NCBI RefSeq assembly: GCF_004010195.1
Contig: NC_057749.1
Coordinates: forward strand, 26,790,885-26,826,994
Length of the DNA stretch: 36,110 bases
From: Chiloscyllium plagiosum
Lineage: Eukaryota
Reading direction: 5' to 3'
Numbering within the stretch: the stretch's first letter is position 1; each line of letters begins with the position of its first letter. This document shows positions 1 through 11,633 of this stretch, piece by piece. The translations under genes and the position numbers were made by a program. A model generated the notes under the pieces. It worked only from the letters and a program-made list of their open reading frames with translations. It was not told the DNA's origin and searched no databases.

Positions 1-276
1 AAACAGGGTCTGTTGGCACAGACTCCGCCCCTTGAATTCACCATTCATCCCATCCAGCCGGGAGATTGGGTCTTAGTAAAATCATGGACAGAGACTAAAT
101 TACAGCCGAACTGGGAAGGGCCGTATCAGGCTCTTTTGACTACCGAAATGGCAATAAGGACGGTGGAGAAAGGCTGGACTCATTACACTCGGCCAGTGGA
201 CCCTCCAGTTGAGGAAGAAGTCTGGACGGCCGAATCAACGCAAGACCTGCTGAAACTCAGACTAAAGACACTTTGA
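1..276 (+). pseudogene. pol: Endogenous retrovirus pol, integrase C-terminal end (runs off the window start)
   Basis: Translation IQPGDWVLVKSW...LQPNWEGPYQALLTTEMAIRTVEKGWTHYTR matches the GPY/F module at the end of gamma/epsilon-type integrases; stop at 274-276; lies directly upstream of env. Confidence 0.93.
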
Positions 277-336
277 GTAACTGATTATACAGTGGCGACG
301 CGAGCGCGGGATTATTTCTGTAAGATTGTATATTAA

Positions 337-353
337 GTCTTTTTGTGCTTCAG
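337..353 (+). promoter_or_regulatory. Candidate env splice acceptor
   Basis: Pyrimidine tract plus CAG (gtctttttgtgcttcag) ends 1 nt before ATG 355, which opens a hydrophobic signal-peptide-like stretch. Confidence 0.4.
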
Positions 354-354
354 C

Positions 355-2051
355 ATGATGTTTAGAATACTGGGAATGTTTAGAGTTATGATGCTAGCCC
401 TCTTAGTATTGGGATTTTGTCAATATCATTTTCATATGTATTATTAACGGTTCCTGAGTCTGATAATCCACAAGTAATAGACACTGATGCATGCAGCTTA
501 GTAAATTGTGGGGATGTAGCTAATCAGAGACAGTACCGCAGCTCTGAGATACATCTTAAGTCCTATGGGGATGGCCTTGGGGATGGTACTTGGTATAATG
601 GTCTCGTGACAGTACATCGGGCCCCCTTCCGACCAGCTCGCGATTGTCCCGATAAAAAGTGTAACCCAATATACCTAAAAATAAGGAAAACCACATGGCA
701 GGAAGCAATTCTGGGGGGGGGGGCACCTGTGAGATACAATTAAATGAAACATTTGGGATTGAAATGAAAGCAAATGAGAAGGAGTTCGTGGGCTGTTGTT
801 TTCGAATTAGCGTAGGACAGGGAAAACGGGTAGAATTACTGGATAATAAGACACAACCCTTCACCCCTCCCGATGATCCTAAAGTAGTAAAAATTATAGA
901 GGTAAAGGACTTGAAACAGACCATCGAAATAGAAACTGGGTACGGGGATGCAAATGCCTGGGTTGAATGGGTAAAGTATACTGTAAAGAGTCTGAACAAA
1001 AGCAATTGCTATGCATGTGCCTCCGGTAGGCCAGTGGCCCAGGTGGTTCCCTTTCCGCTCGGGTGGAAGCGAGACAGGAAGGGCATGAAATGTATGATAG
1101 CCCTGTACCAGGATGAGACTGCATGGAATGATAGGAATTGTACCTCCCTATCTCTGATGTTCCCTCCCTTGGAGAAGAAAGATGCAAAAGGCCCCCCCAC
1201 ATTTTCCGCCACAGTTGGAAATCACACGTCGTGTGTGCGAGGTACAAATCGGTCGAGAGATTTGGGGGAGCTGAAATTATGTACAGAGATTAAGAATGTT
1301 ACCGAAACGGAGAAGGGAGGGAACTACTCAGCATTAAAGGTTCCCCGAGCGGATCTGTGGTGGTACTGTGGATGCAAAATATTGAGACCCACCCTACCTC
1401 CGGACTGGAGAGGGATATGTGCAATTATACAATTTACCCTGGCATTTGAGAAGGAAAAGATAGTAGGGAAAAAGGGAAGGGGTAAAAGATTACTGTTTGA
1501 TGACAGGATTTATCTCGACTCGGTAGGAGTCCCTAGGGGAGTGCCTGATGAATTCAAAGCTTGTAACCAGATTGCAGCAGGCTTTGAGTGAGCTCTCTTT
1601 TGGTGGGTAACAATTAATAAAAATGTAGATTGGATAAATTACATTTTCTATAATCAACAACGATTTATAAATTATACAAGAGATGCGGTTAAAGGAATAT
1701 CAGAACAGCTTGATGCGACAAGTAGGATGGCATGAGAAAACAGAATAGCCCTTGATATGATTTTAGCAGAAAAAGGGTGTGTGTGTGTGTGATGTTAGGA
1801 GGAAGCTGTTGTACCTTTATTCCTAATAATACTGCGCCTGATGGTTCAATTACTCGGGCCTTACAAGGATTGACTACTTTAGCAGGGAAACTAGCTGAGA
1901 ATTCAAGAGTAGACACATCTCTCACGGGATGGCTTGAATCCTGGTTTGGAAAATGGAAGGGGGTGGTGGTTTCTATCTTTACTTCCCTGATAGTAGTAGT
2001 CGGGGTATTGGCTGTTGTATCATACCCTGTATACGAGGGCTCACCCAAAGA
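355..2051 (+). pseudogene. env: Retroviral env (gamma-type SU+TM, HERV-I-like), disrupted
   Basis: Signal-like MMFRILGMFRVMMLALLVLG from 355; CxxC (CYAC, 1007-1018); furin site RGKR (1478-1489); TM ectodomain VDWINYIFYNQQRFINYTRDAVKGISEQL; immunosuppressive motif ENRIALDMILAEKG (1736-1777); CX6CC (CVMLGGSCC); membrane anchor then CCIIPCIRGL. Lesions: frameshifts near 415, at G12 (713-724), at (TG)7 (1778-1791) and near 2008; stops at 1589 and 1733. Confidence 0.93.
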
Positions 2052-2303
2052 GGGTGGCACGGCACGGTGGCCCAGTGGTTAGCACTGCTGCCTCACAGCG
2101 CCTGTAGACCCGGGTTCAATTCCCGACTCAGGCGACTGACTGTGTGGAGTTTGCACATTCTCCCCGTGTCTGCGTGGGTTTCCTCCGGGTGCTCCGGTTT
2201 CCTCCCACAGTCCAAAGATGTGCGGGTCAGGTGAATTGGCCATGCTAAATTGCCCGTAGTGTTAGGTTAAAGGGGTGGATGTAGGGGTATGGGTGGGTTG
2301 CGC
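2052..2303 (+). mobile_element. tRNA-derived V-SINE (HE1-like), 3'-truncated, inside the ERV
   Basis: A box TGGCCCAGTGG (2068-2078), B box GGGTTCAATTCCC (2112-2124), V-domain tgtgtggagtttgcacattctccccgtgtctgcgtgggtttcctccgggtgctccggtttcctcccacagtccaaagatgtgc; no CR1-type tail. Confidence 0.92.
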
Positions 2304-2304
2304 T

Positions 2305-2315
2305 AAAAGGGGAAA
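2305..2315 (+). other. Retroviral polypurine tract
   Basis: AAAAGGGGAAA separated by one T from the TG start of the LTR. Confidence 0.85.
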
Positions 2316-2316
2316 T

Positions 2317-2942
2317 TGTGGGATATAGGTGAATTAATGTTATTTCTGCAATTATAAGTTCTGAGACAGAGGATTGTTTCTTGGCTAAGAGCTGAGTTAA
2401 CAAGAATGGAAACTATGTGGAGGAAATATATAATCAGTTAAAATGGTATGCCAGCATGAAACGTGATTGCAAAACAATGGTAGAAATACAGGCACTAGAT
2501 AAAATGCTGTGAAAAGAGGCCTTTATAAACATCTGTTTCCCACTTGTACAGAGACACAGGAACAAACCCCAATTAAAAGGGCTTAGTGATAAGATGCTGT
2601 GAGGGGCAGCGCAGATGGAGGGAGTAGATAATGGTAAGCAAAGGATGGGATGAGGTCAAACGGCCTTGTGAGGTCAGAGTAAGCATTTTGTCACAGACAA
2701 GACCGGATAAACAGGAATAATGGGGCCAGTCTTAGGGAACTGGAGGATGTAGATAGGGGAAGAGCAATGTAAAACAAAAGAAGCCAAATTATATAAATAT
2801 CGAGCGTTTGTCGAATTCGGTGTGTGTTTTGTCCCTGCCTTGTGACATCACACCCACTTGCAAGTGTAAAATAAATGACACTACTGATTCAGATTTTTGT
2901 CTGGGACTGCAATTGTTTACTGAGTGAGCTTTGTTTCTCACA
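2317..2942 (+). mobile_element. ERV 3' LTR (626 bp)
   Basis: Starts TGTGGGA after the PPT and ends TCTCACA (imperfect terminal inverted repeat); TATATAAA at about 2790; AATAAA at 2870-2875; abrupt switch to CR1 sequence at 2943. Confidence 0.88.
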
Positions 2943-3249
2943 CATAGGTTTAAGGTGCAAGGGGAAAGATTTAAGAAGGACCTGAAGGGTAACTACTTCA
3001 CGCAGACAGTGGTGAGTATATGGAATGAACTGCCAGAGTAAATGGTTGAGGCAGCCACAATAGTAACATTTTAAAAACATTTAGATAGGTACATGGATGG
3101 GAAGGATTTAGAAAGATATGAAATATGTGGGCAATTGGAACTAGCTAAGTGGGCACCATGGTCAGCACAGCTGAGTGGGCACCATTGTGAGCATAGATCA
3201 GTTGAGGCTGAAGGACCTGTTTCCATACTGTATTACTCTATGACTCTAC
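2943..3249 (+). mobile_element. CR1 LINE 3' end (integration target of the ERV)
   Basis: Encodes HRFKVQGERFKKDLKGNYFTQTVVSIWNELP, the CR1 ORF2 C-terminus; ends in a ctctatgactcta tail. Confidence 0.9.
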
Positions 3250-3309
3250 TGTCCTCCCAAGCATTCCAGATTTCTATCACCGTCTGGGAGCTCATGGTTT
3301 TGGGACAAC

Positions 3310-3565
3310 ACTCAGAAGATAGAAGATTGGCAGGCTTGTCGAAAACAAAGTATTGGCATGGTGTGATAAGTGGAATCCTGCAGGGGTCCATGTGCCCTCA
3401 ACATTTACAATTTATATCAAAAACTTAGATTAGAGAATTGAAGACATGGTGGCTAAAGTGCAAATGGCATAAGACAGGAAGGAAAGTATTGTGAAGGTAA
3501 AATAACAAGAATACAGAATGTCTTGGATAGGTTAAGTGAGTGGGCAAAAGTGTGGTAGATGGAGC
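3310..3565 (+). mobile_element. Degraded CR1 RT fragment
   Basis: WHGVISGILQGS resembles the SGVPQGS motif, followed by gataggttaagtgagtgggcaaaagtgtggtagatgga. Confidence 0.65.
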
Positions 3566-4266
3566 ATAGCTGGTGCTACAGCAATATACAGTCCAGTCCT
3601 CAACATTGACTCTGGGCCTCTTGAAGTCTCATGGCATCAGGTCGAACATGGACAAGGAAACCACCTTCTGATTACCATATGCTACTCTCTCTCCCACCAT
3701 TCAATGGATGAATCAGTACTTCTTCTCATGGAACACCAATTGGACGAAACACTGAGGTTGGCAACGGGACTGTATATACTCTGAATAGGGTACTTCAATG
3801 TCCAGAGTGGCTTGACAGTACCGACACTGACCAAACTGGAGAATTCTTAAATGCTGCTAGTATGGGCCTGCTGAGGGAACCAACAAGAGAAAAATGCCTG
3901 ACTTCATCCTCACCAATATACCTGTTTCAAATGCATCTATGAAAGTATTTGTGGGAATGCTCATCATACAGTTGTCATGGAGACAACATCTCAAACTCAT
4001 ATCCGCTATCTTATGCGGCACTACCACTGCGCTAAATGAAATGAATTTAGGTCCACCAACTCAAAACCTGTTGTCTGTAAGGTACTGTGGGACATGAGCA
4101 GAAGAGTTGTATTCACCCACAATCTGTCACCTTGTGGTTCACCATATCCCTCACTCCACCATTACCAGCAAGCTGGAGAATCAACCCTAGTTCAATTAAG
4201 GTTTCAGGATAGCATGCCAGCAGCAGCATACCTATAAATGAGGAGTCAACCTGATGCAAATACCAA
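3566..4266 (+). mobile_element. Old CR1/L2-type LINE, segment 1 (endonuclease region)
   Basis: LEVSWHQVEHGQGNHLLITI and REPTR..PDFILTN, degraded APE-endonuclease-like motifs; appears colinear with 9619-10191 and 11634-12769. Confidence 0.65.
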
Positions 4267-7200
4267 TGTGCTTTTGGGGATGAAACCTACATCTCGAGGG
4301 CATAGTTATGTTAACCAGGTTAAACAAAGTGTTCAAATAAATAATCATGTGACCAGGTTACTTTGGAAATGACAAACTGGGGGAAAAATTTGTGAAGGAG
4401 TTAACTTTAGGGATGGGAAGACTTTTGGGGTAGTTCTCTATTCAAGAAAAGGACAGATAATCTGGAAATAAGAAAACATCTGTCAGCAGAATTCTGGGTG
4501 TTGGCTATGAGTGTAAAACCTCTTGATAAAAGTAGGACTTTACAAAGTGAAGTTGAATTTTTGATATAGACAAGCTGAAAAATTAAAGAGTATTACAAAT
4601 AGGAGAATTCCAATCAAACGTGGTTATCCATAAGATGGCAATGCTGAATATGGAGTTTGCAATCTCAGGATAGTAGAGGAGATTTAAATATATAGTCTTG
4701 CCAGAAATAAATTGACAGTCCAAGAAATCTCAGTCTGTACATGAATCATTGGTATAATACTCAGACCAAGTAGTTAATCTTCCAAGTTTTTAAAATATAT
4801 ACCATGGGGGTTTGGGGGTATAAGACCATGTGACACAGGAGTGGAGGTAAGGCCATTCAGCCCATTGAGTCCACTCCGCCATTCAATCATGGCTGATGAG
4901 CATTTCAACGCCACTTACCCACACTTTCCCAGTATCCCTTAATTCCTTGCAAGATTAAGAATTTATCAATCTCTGCCTTGAAGACATTTAATGTCCTGGC
5001 CTCCACTGCGCTCCATGGCAATGAATTCCACAGACCCACCACTCTCTGGCTGAAGAAATATCTCCTCATTTCCATTTTAAATTGACCCCCTCTAATTCTA
5101 AGGCTGTGCCCATGGGTCCAAGTATCCCTAGTTGATGGAAACAAATTCCCAACGTCCACCCTTTCTAAGCTGTGCATTATCTTGTAAGTTTCTATTAGAT
5201 TTCCCCTCAACCTCCTAAACTCTAATGAATACAATCCCAGGATCCTCAGCCGTTCATCGTATGTCAGGCCTACCATTCCAGGGATCATCTGTGTGGTTCT
5301 CCGCTGGTCACACTCCAGTGCCAGTATGTCCTTCCTGAGGTGTGGGGCCCAAAACCGGAAACAGTATTCTAAATGGAGCTTTATGTAAAAGCATATCGCT
5401 GTTTTTTACATTCCAACAGTCTTGAGATAAATGACAAGATTACATGTGCTTTCTTAAACATGGTCTCAATCTGCAAATCAACCTTTACAGAATCCTGAAA
5501 TCACACTCCCAGATCCCATTGCTCTTCGGCTTTAGGAATCTTCTCACCGTTTAGAAAATAGCCCCTCCCAGTATTCTTTTTTCCAACGTGCAAGACCTCA
5601 CATTTGCTCACATCGAATTTCATCAGCCATTTCTTGGACCACTCTCCTAGACTGTCTAAATCTTTCTGCAGCCTCATCACCTCCTCAGAACTACCTGCCT
5701 GTCCACCTAACTTCATATCATCGGTGAACTTCACCAGAATGCCCCCAGTTCCTTCATCCAGATCATTAATATATAAAGTGAATAGCTGCGGTCCCAACAC
5801 TGAACCCTGCGTGACACCACTTATCACTAGCTGCCATTCCAAAAAATAACCTTTTATCCCACCTCTCTGCCTTCTGTCAGACAGCCAATCCCCAATCCAT
5901 GCCAGTAGCTCACCTTGAACACCATGGGCCCTCACCTTACTCGGCAGCCTCCTGTAAGGCACCTTATCAAAGGCCTTTTTGGAAGTCGAGGTAGATAATA
6001 TCCACCGGATTTCCCTGATCTAACCTACTTATTACCTCTTCAAAGAATTATAACAGGTTTGTCAGGCACGACCTCCCCTTACTAAACCCATGCTGACTTG
6101 TTCTAATCCGACCCTGCACTTCCAAGAATTTAGAAATCTCATCCTTAACAATGGATTCTAGAATTTTGCCTACAACCGAGGTTAGGCTAATCGGCCTATA
6201 ATTTTCCATCTTTTGTCTTGATCCTTTCTTGAACAAGAGGGTTATAACTGCGATTTTCAAATCATCTGGGACTTTCCCTGACTCCAGTGATTTTTGAAAG
6301 ATTACAACCAACGCCTTCGCTATTCCTTCAGCCACCTCCCTCAGAACTCAAGGATGTACCCCAACGGGGCCAAGAGATTAATCAATTTTTAGACCTTTTA
6401 GCTTTTCTAGCACTTTCTCTTTTGTAATGGCTACCATACTCAACTCTGCCCTTGACTTTCCTTAATTGTTGGGATATTACTCATGTCTTTCACTGTGAAG
6501 ACTGACACAAAGTATTTATTAAGTTCTTCAGGTATTTCCTTATCTCCCATCACTAGCCTTCCTGCATCAATTTGGAGTGGCCCAATTTCTACTCTTGGCC
6601 TCTCGTTTGTTTCTTATGTATTGAAAGAAACTTTTACTATCATTTCTAATATTACTGGCTAGCTTACCTTCATATTTGATCCTCTCCTGCCTTATTTCTC
6701 TCTTTGTCATCCTCTGTTTTTGTAGTCTTCCCAATCTTCTGACTTCCCAGTGCTCTTAGCCACTTTACAGGTGCTCTCTTTTTCTGTGACACATTTCCTG
6801 ACTACCTTTGTCAGCCAAGGCTGTCTAATTCCACCTCTCCCCCCCCTTTTCTTTGGGATGAACCTCTGTACTGTGTCCTCAATTACACCCAGAAACTCCT
6901 GCCATTGTTGTTCTACTGTCTTCCCCACTAAGCTCTCCTTTCCAGTCAATCTTCGTCAGTTCCTCCCTCATGCCCCTCTAATTATCTTTATTTAACTGTA
7001 ACACCATTACATCCGATTTTGCCTTCTCTCTTTCAAACTGCAAACTGAACTCTACCATGTTATGATCGCTGCCTCCTAAGTGTTCCCTTACTTTAAGGTC
7101 TTTTATAAAGTCTGGCTCATTACATACCACTAAATCCAGAATCGCCTGCTCTTTTGTGGGCTCCATCTCAAGCTGTTCCAAAAAGCCATCCTGTAAGCAT

Positions 7201-7342
7201 TCCATGAATTCTCTTTTGATCCACCGGCAATATTATTCACCCAGTTTATTTGCATATCGAAGTCCGCTATGATCACCGTGACCTTGTCTTTCTGACATGC
7301 CCGATCTATTTCCTGGTACATCTGCGCCCCTGATCCTAACCA

Positions 7343-9186
7343 TAGAACATAGAACAGTACAGCACAGGACGGGCCCTTCAGCATACGATGTTGTGCCGAC
7401 CAATGATCCCCATGTATGCACCTTCAAATTTCTGTGACCATATACATGTCCAGCAGTCTCTTAAATGTCCCCAATGACCTTGCTTCCACAACTGCTGCTG
7501 GCAACACATTCCATGCTCTCACAACTCTCTGTGTAAAGAACCCACCTCTGACATCCCCTCTATACTTTCCTCCAACCAGCTTAAAACTATGACCCCTCGT
7601 GTTAGTCATTTCTGCCCTGGGAAATAGTCTCTGGCTATCNNNNNNNNNNNNNNNNNNNNNNNNNNNNNNNNNNNNNNNNNNNNNNNNNNNNNNNNNNNNN
7701 NNNNNNNNNNNNNNNNNNNNNNNNNNNNNNNNNNNNNNNNNNNNNNNNNNNNNNNNNNNNNNNNNNNNNNNNNNNNNNNNNNNNNNNNNNNNNNNNNNNN
7801 NNNNNNNNNNNNNNNNNNNNNNNNNNNNNNNNNNNNNNNNNNNNNNNNNNNNNNNNNNNNNNNNNNNNNNNNNNNNNNNNNNNNNNNNNNNNNNNNNNNN
7901 NNNNNNNNNNNNNNNNNNNNNNNNNNNNNNNNNNNNNNNNNNNNNNNNNNNNNNNNNNNNNNNNNNNNNNNNNNNNNNNNNNNNNNNNNNNNNNNNNNNN
8001 NNNNNNNNNNNNNNNNNNNNNNNNNNNNNNNNNNNNNNNNNNNNNNNNNNNNNNNNNNNNNNNNNNNNNNNNNNNNNNNNNNNNNNNNNNNNNNNNNNNN
8101 NNNNNNNNNNNNNNNNNNNNNNNNNNNNNNNNNNNNNNNNNNNNNNNNNNNNNNNNNNNNNNNNNNNNNNNNNNNNNNNNNNNNNNNNNNNNNNNNNNNN
8201 NNNNNNNNNNNNNNNNNNNNNNNNNNNNNNNNNNNNNNNNNNNNNNNNNNNNNNNNNNNNNNNNNNNNNNNNNNNNNNNNNNNNNNNNNNNNNNNNNNNN
8301 NNNNNNNNNNNNNNNNNNNNNNNNNNNNNNNNNNNNNNNNNNNNNNNNNNNNNNNNNNNNNNNNNNNNNNNNNNNNNNNNNNNNNNNNNNNNNNNNNNNN
8401 NNNNNNNNNNNNNNNNNNNNNNNNNNNNATAAAAATTACAAACAGTAGAGTCCCAAGGACAGAGCCCTGTGGAACACCACTCACCACTGACTTCCAGGCA
8501 GAATATTTTCCTTCTACTACCACTCGCTGTCTTCTGTTGGCCAGCCAATTCTGTATCCAGACAGCTAAGTTCCCCTGCATCCCATTCCTCCTGACCTTCT
8601 GAATGAGCCTACCATGGGAACCTTATCAAATGCCTTGCTGAAGTCCATATACACCACATCAACAGCTCGAACCTCAGCAACCTTTCTAGTCACATCCTCA
8701 AAGAACTCGATAAGGTTTGTGAAGCATGACCTACCCCTCACAAAGCCATGTTGACTGCGTTTAATCAAGCCATGCTCTTCCAGATGGTCATAAATCCTAT
8801 CCCTCAAAATCCTTTCTAACACCTTGCAGACGACAGACGTGAGACTTACTGGTCTGTAATTGCCGGGGATTTCCCTATTTCCTTTCTTGAAGAGAGGAAT
8901 TACATTTGCCTCTCTCCAGTCCTCAGGTACGACTCCAGTGGAGAGCGAAGATGCAAAGATCTTCGCAAGTGGCAAAGCAATCGCATTTCTTTTTTCCCAA
9001 AGCAGTTGAGGACAAATCTGGTCCGGGCCTGGCGACTTGTCAATCTTAATGTTTGACAAAATTTTCAGCACGTCAGCTTCCTCTATCTCTATTCATTCCA
9101 GCATGCACACCTGCTCTTCAAAGGTTTCATTCACTACAAAGTTCGTTTCTTTCGTCAAGATAGAAGCAAAAAACTAATTTAGGGCT
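7343..9186 (-). mobile_element. CR1 LINE copy B nested in copy A
   Basis: Tail reads tagaacatagaac on the plus strand at 7343; ORFs [54 protein letters not shown] on both sides; copy A rejoins as cctaacCActtctggg. Confidence 0.93.
7640..8428. other. Assembly gap (789 N)
   Basis: Run of N; both flanks are colinear parts of CR1 copy B. Confidence 1.
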
Positions 9187-9618
9187 TCCACTTCTGGGAA
9201 GTCTGTACATAACTCCCATTATGGTTTTTTTGCCTTTGTGGTTCCTCAACTCCACCCACACAGACTCCACATCATCTGACCCTATGTCATCCATTGCCAT
9301 AGATTTAAGATTTCATTCTTAACTAACAAGCCATAAGTGTAATGGGTGCAAAAGAAAAGTAGAACTGAATTTTAAATTTAGTTCAAGATATTTTTATTTC
9401 CTTAAATCTAACTGACTATTTAAGATAGAGTGAAGTTATTATAAACTAGCTATGTAAACTGACTTCATAGACCACAAAAATGTGAGAAAGCCTATTTCTA
9501 AGTATTTTAGTAGTTAATGCTTTTTGATTTTTGTGTAAAATTTGGCTTCATTCCTTTACAAAGTACCTGGGTTTTTGGATTCTTAAAAAAGTTACAGGTT
9601 TCAACCCAGATCATAACA

Positions 9619-10191
9619 ACAATAAAAACAGAACTGCTTATATGTCAAACAGCAGAAACAACATGCAATTGATGGAGCTAAGTGATACTACAACCAACTG
9701 ATCGGATTAAAACTCTGCAGTCCTACCAAATCTGGTTCTTAATTGTATTTGATAATTAAACAACTAAACAGAGGAAGCTTAATAAGTAACTCTATCCTCA
9801 ATGATAGGGGACCCCAAAACATGAGTGCAAAAAGGATGAAGCCTTTGTAACCATTTTCAGCTTGACATCCAAATGAATTATCCATCTAAGCCTCCTTCAG
9901 ATACCCCAGCATCGCAGATCTTATTCTTCAGCTAATGCAGTTCACTCTGTCTGATGTCAAGAAATGGCTCAAGACACTGGACAGTACAAAGGTTGTGGAT
10001 CATTACAACACTGTAGCTCTAAAACATAAGATTTAGAATTAGCTGACTCTCTATTTCCTTTACAGCTACCACACTGGCAAGTAGTGACAATAAGGAAATT
10101 TGCCCAGGTAGGTCCTGTCCATGAAAAGCAGGAAAAATGCAATCCAGCCAATTACTGACTTGTCAGTCTACTCTCAGTCATTAGCAAACCA
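9619..10191 (+). mobile_element. Old CR1/L2-type LINE, segment 2
   Basis: Degraded ORF2 ending in caggaaaaatgcaatccagccaattactgacttgtcagtctactctcagtcattagcaaa (NPANY.[10 protein letters not shown]). Confidence 0.75.
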
Positions 10192-10377
10192 CACTTGGAA
10201 TATTGTGTACAGTTCTGGTCATCTCATTATAAGAAAGATGTGGGAGTTTTAGAGAGGGTGCAGATTTACCAGGATGCTGCCTGGACTGGAGGGCATGTCT
10301 TACGACAAAATGCTGAAGGAGCTAGGCTTTTTCTCACTGGAGTGAAGGATGAGAAGTGACTTGTTAGAGATGTACAA

Positions 10378-11278
10378 TATTTTTACAATATATGTTAATG
10401 ATATAGAAGATGGTATTAGTAATAACATTAGCAAATTTGCTGATGATACTAAGCTGGGTGGCAGGGTGAAATGTGATGAGGATGTTAGGAGATTACAGGG
10501 TGACCTCGACAAGTCAGGCAAGGGCTTTTGCCCGAAACATCGATTTCGCTGCTCGTTGGATGCTGCCTGAATTGCTGTGCTCTTCCAGCACCACTGATCC
10601 AGAATCTGGTTTCCAGCATCTGCAGTTATTGTTTTTACCAAGTTAGGCGAGTGGTCAGATGCATGGCAGATGCAGTTTAATGTGGATAAATGTATGGTTA
10701 TCCACTTTGGTGGCAAGAACAGGAAGGCAGATTACTACCGAAATGGAATCAATTTAGGTAAAGGGGCAGTACAGAGAGATCTGAGTGTTCTTGTACACCA
10801 GTCAATGAAGGTAAGCATGCAGGTCAACGGGACTACCTTATGCTGAAAGACTGGAGCGACTGGGCTTGTATACCTTTTGAGTTTAGAAGACTGAGAGGGG
10901 ATATGATTGAGACATATAAGATTATTAAAGGATTGGACACTCTGGAGGCAGGAAACATGTTTCCGCTGATGGGTGAGTGCCAAACCAGAGGACACAGCTT
11001 AAAAATACGGGGTAGACTATTTAGGACAGAGATGAGGAGAAACTTCTTCACCCAGAGAGTGGTGGCTGTGTGGAATGCTCTGCCCCAGAGGGCAGTGGAG
11101 GCCCAGTCTCTGGATTCATTTAAGAAAGAGTTGGATAGGGCTCTCAAGGATTGTGGAATCAAGGATTATGGAGGTAAGGCAGGAACAGGATACTGATTAA
11201 GGATGATCAGCCATGATCATATTGAATAGCGATGCAGGCTCGAAGGGCAGAATGGCCTACTCCTGCACCTATTGTCTA
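10378..11278 (+). mobile_element. CR1 copy D nested in C, with an internal deletion near 10825
   Basis: [61 protein letters not shown]; tail ctattgtcta. Confidence 0.9.
10520..10638 (+). mobile_element. Penelope-like terminal-repeat fragment (family 2) nested in CR1 D
   Basis: Begins with a partial hammerhead AAGGGCttttGCCCGAAACATCG; homologous to 20532-20656; TSD CAAGT(C/T)AGGC at 10510-10519 and 10639-10648. Confidence 0.75.
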
Positions 11279-11633
11279 CCAAGATATTGAAAGGCATAGT
11301 TAGAGTGGATAGCCAGAGACGTTTCCCCATGATCGTCTCTGGGAAATGGCTATCACAAGGGGTCCTAATTTTAAGGTGATTGGAGGAAGGTTTAGCAGAG
11401 ATGTCAGAGGTAGGTTCTTTACACAGAGAGTGGTGGATGTGTGGAATGCACTGCCAGCAGTGGTAGTAAAGTCAGATACATTAGGGACATTTAAACAACT
11501 CTTGAATAGGCACATGGAAGATAGTACAATTAAGAGTATGTCAGTTAGTCTGATCTTAGAGTAGGAAAGAAGCTGGCACAACATCAAAAGCCAAAGGTCC
11601 TGTACAGTGCTGTATTGTTCTATGATCAAACCA

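Larger units (their letters stand above)
4825..9332 (-). mobile_element. CR1 LINE copy A, most of ORF2 plus 3' UTR, 5'-truncated
   Basis: Minus-strand ORFs give ILDLVVCNEP/LGGSDHNMVEF (endonuclease), NYRPISLTSVVGKILE, SQHGFSKGRSCLTNL, SGVTQGSVLGPQLFTLYINDL, KFTDDMKL, FFSQRVVGLWNSLP; flanked by ATAAG at 4820-4824 and 9333-9337; 9190-9332 continues the endonuclease region. Confidence 0.95.
4304..9618. mobile_element. Putative solo-LTR-like element (about 800 bp; 4304-4824 plus 9338-9618) split by a CR1
   Basis: Ends CATAACA at 9618 and starts with AGTTATG (one mismatch from TGTTATG); interrupts the old LINE; AT-rich, non-coding. Confidence 0.4.
10192..11626 (+). mobile_element. CR1 3' fragment C (10192-10377 plus 11281-11626)
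   Basis: [10 protein letters not shown] ... TRGPNFKVIGGRFSRDVRGRFFTQRVVDVWNALP; TSD CAAACCA at 10185-10191 and 11627-11633. Confidence 0.88.

Noticed and set aside
556..2060. Antisense ORFs over env (556-1005, 894-1247, 1689-2060)
   Set aside because: No recognisable motifs; expected shadows of a coding strand.
2052..2130. tRNA gene
   Set aside because: The A and B boxes belong to the SINE head and continue into the V-domain.
7424..8580. Long ORFs of 277-374 aa
   Set aside because: Artefacts of translating through the N gap.
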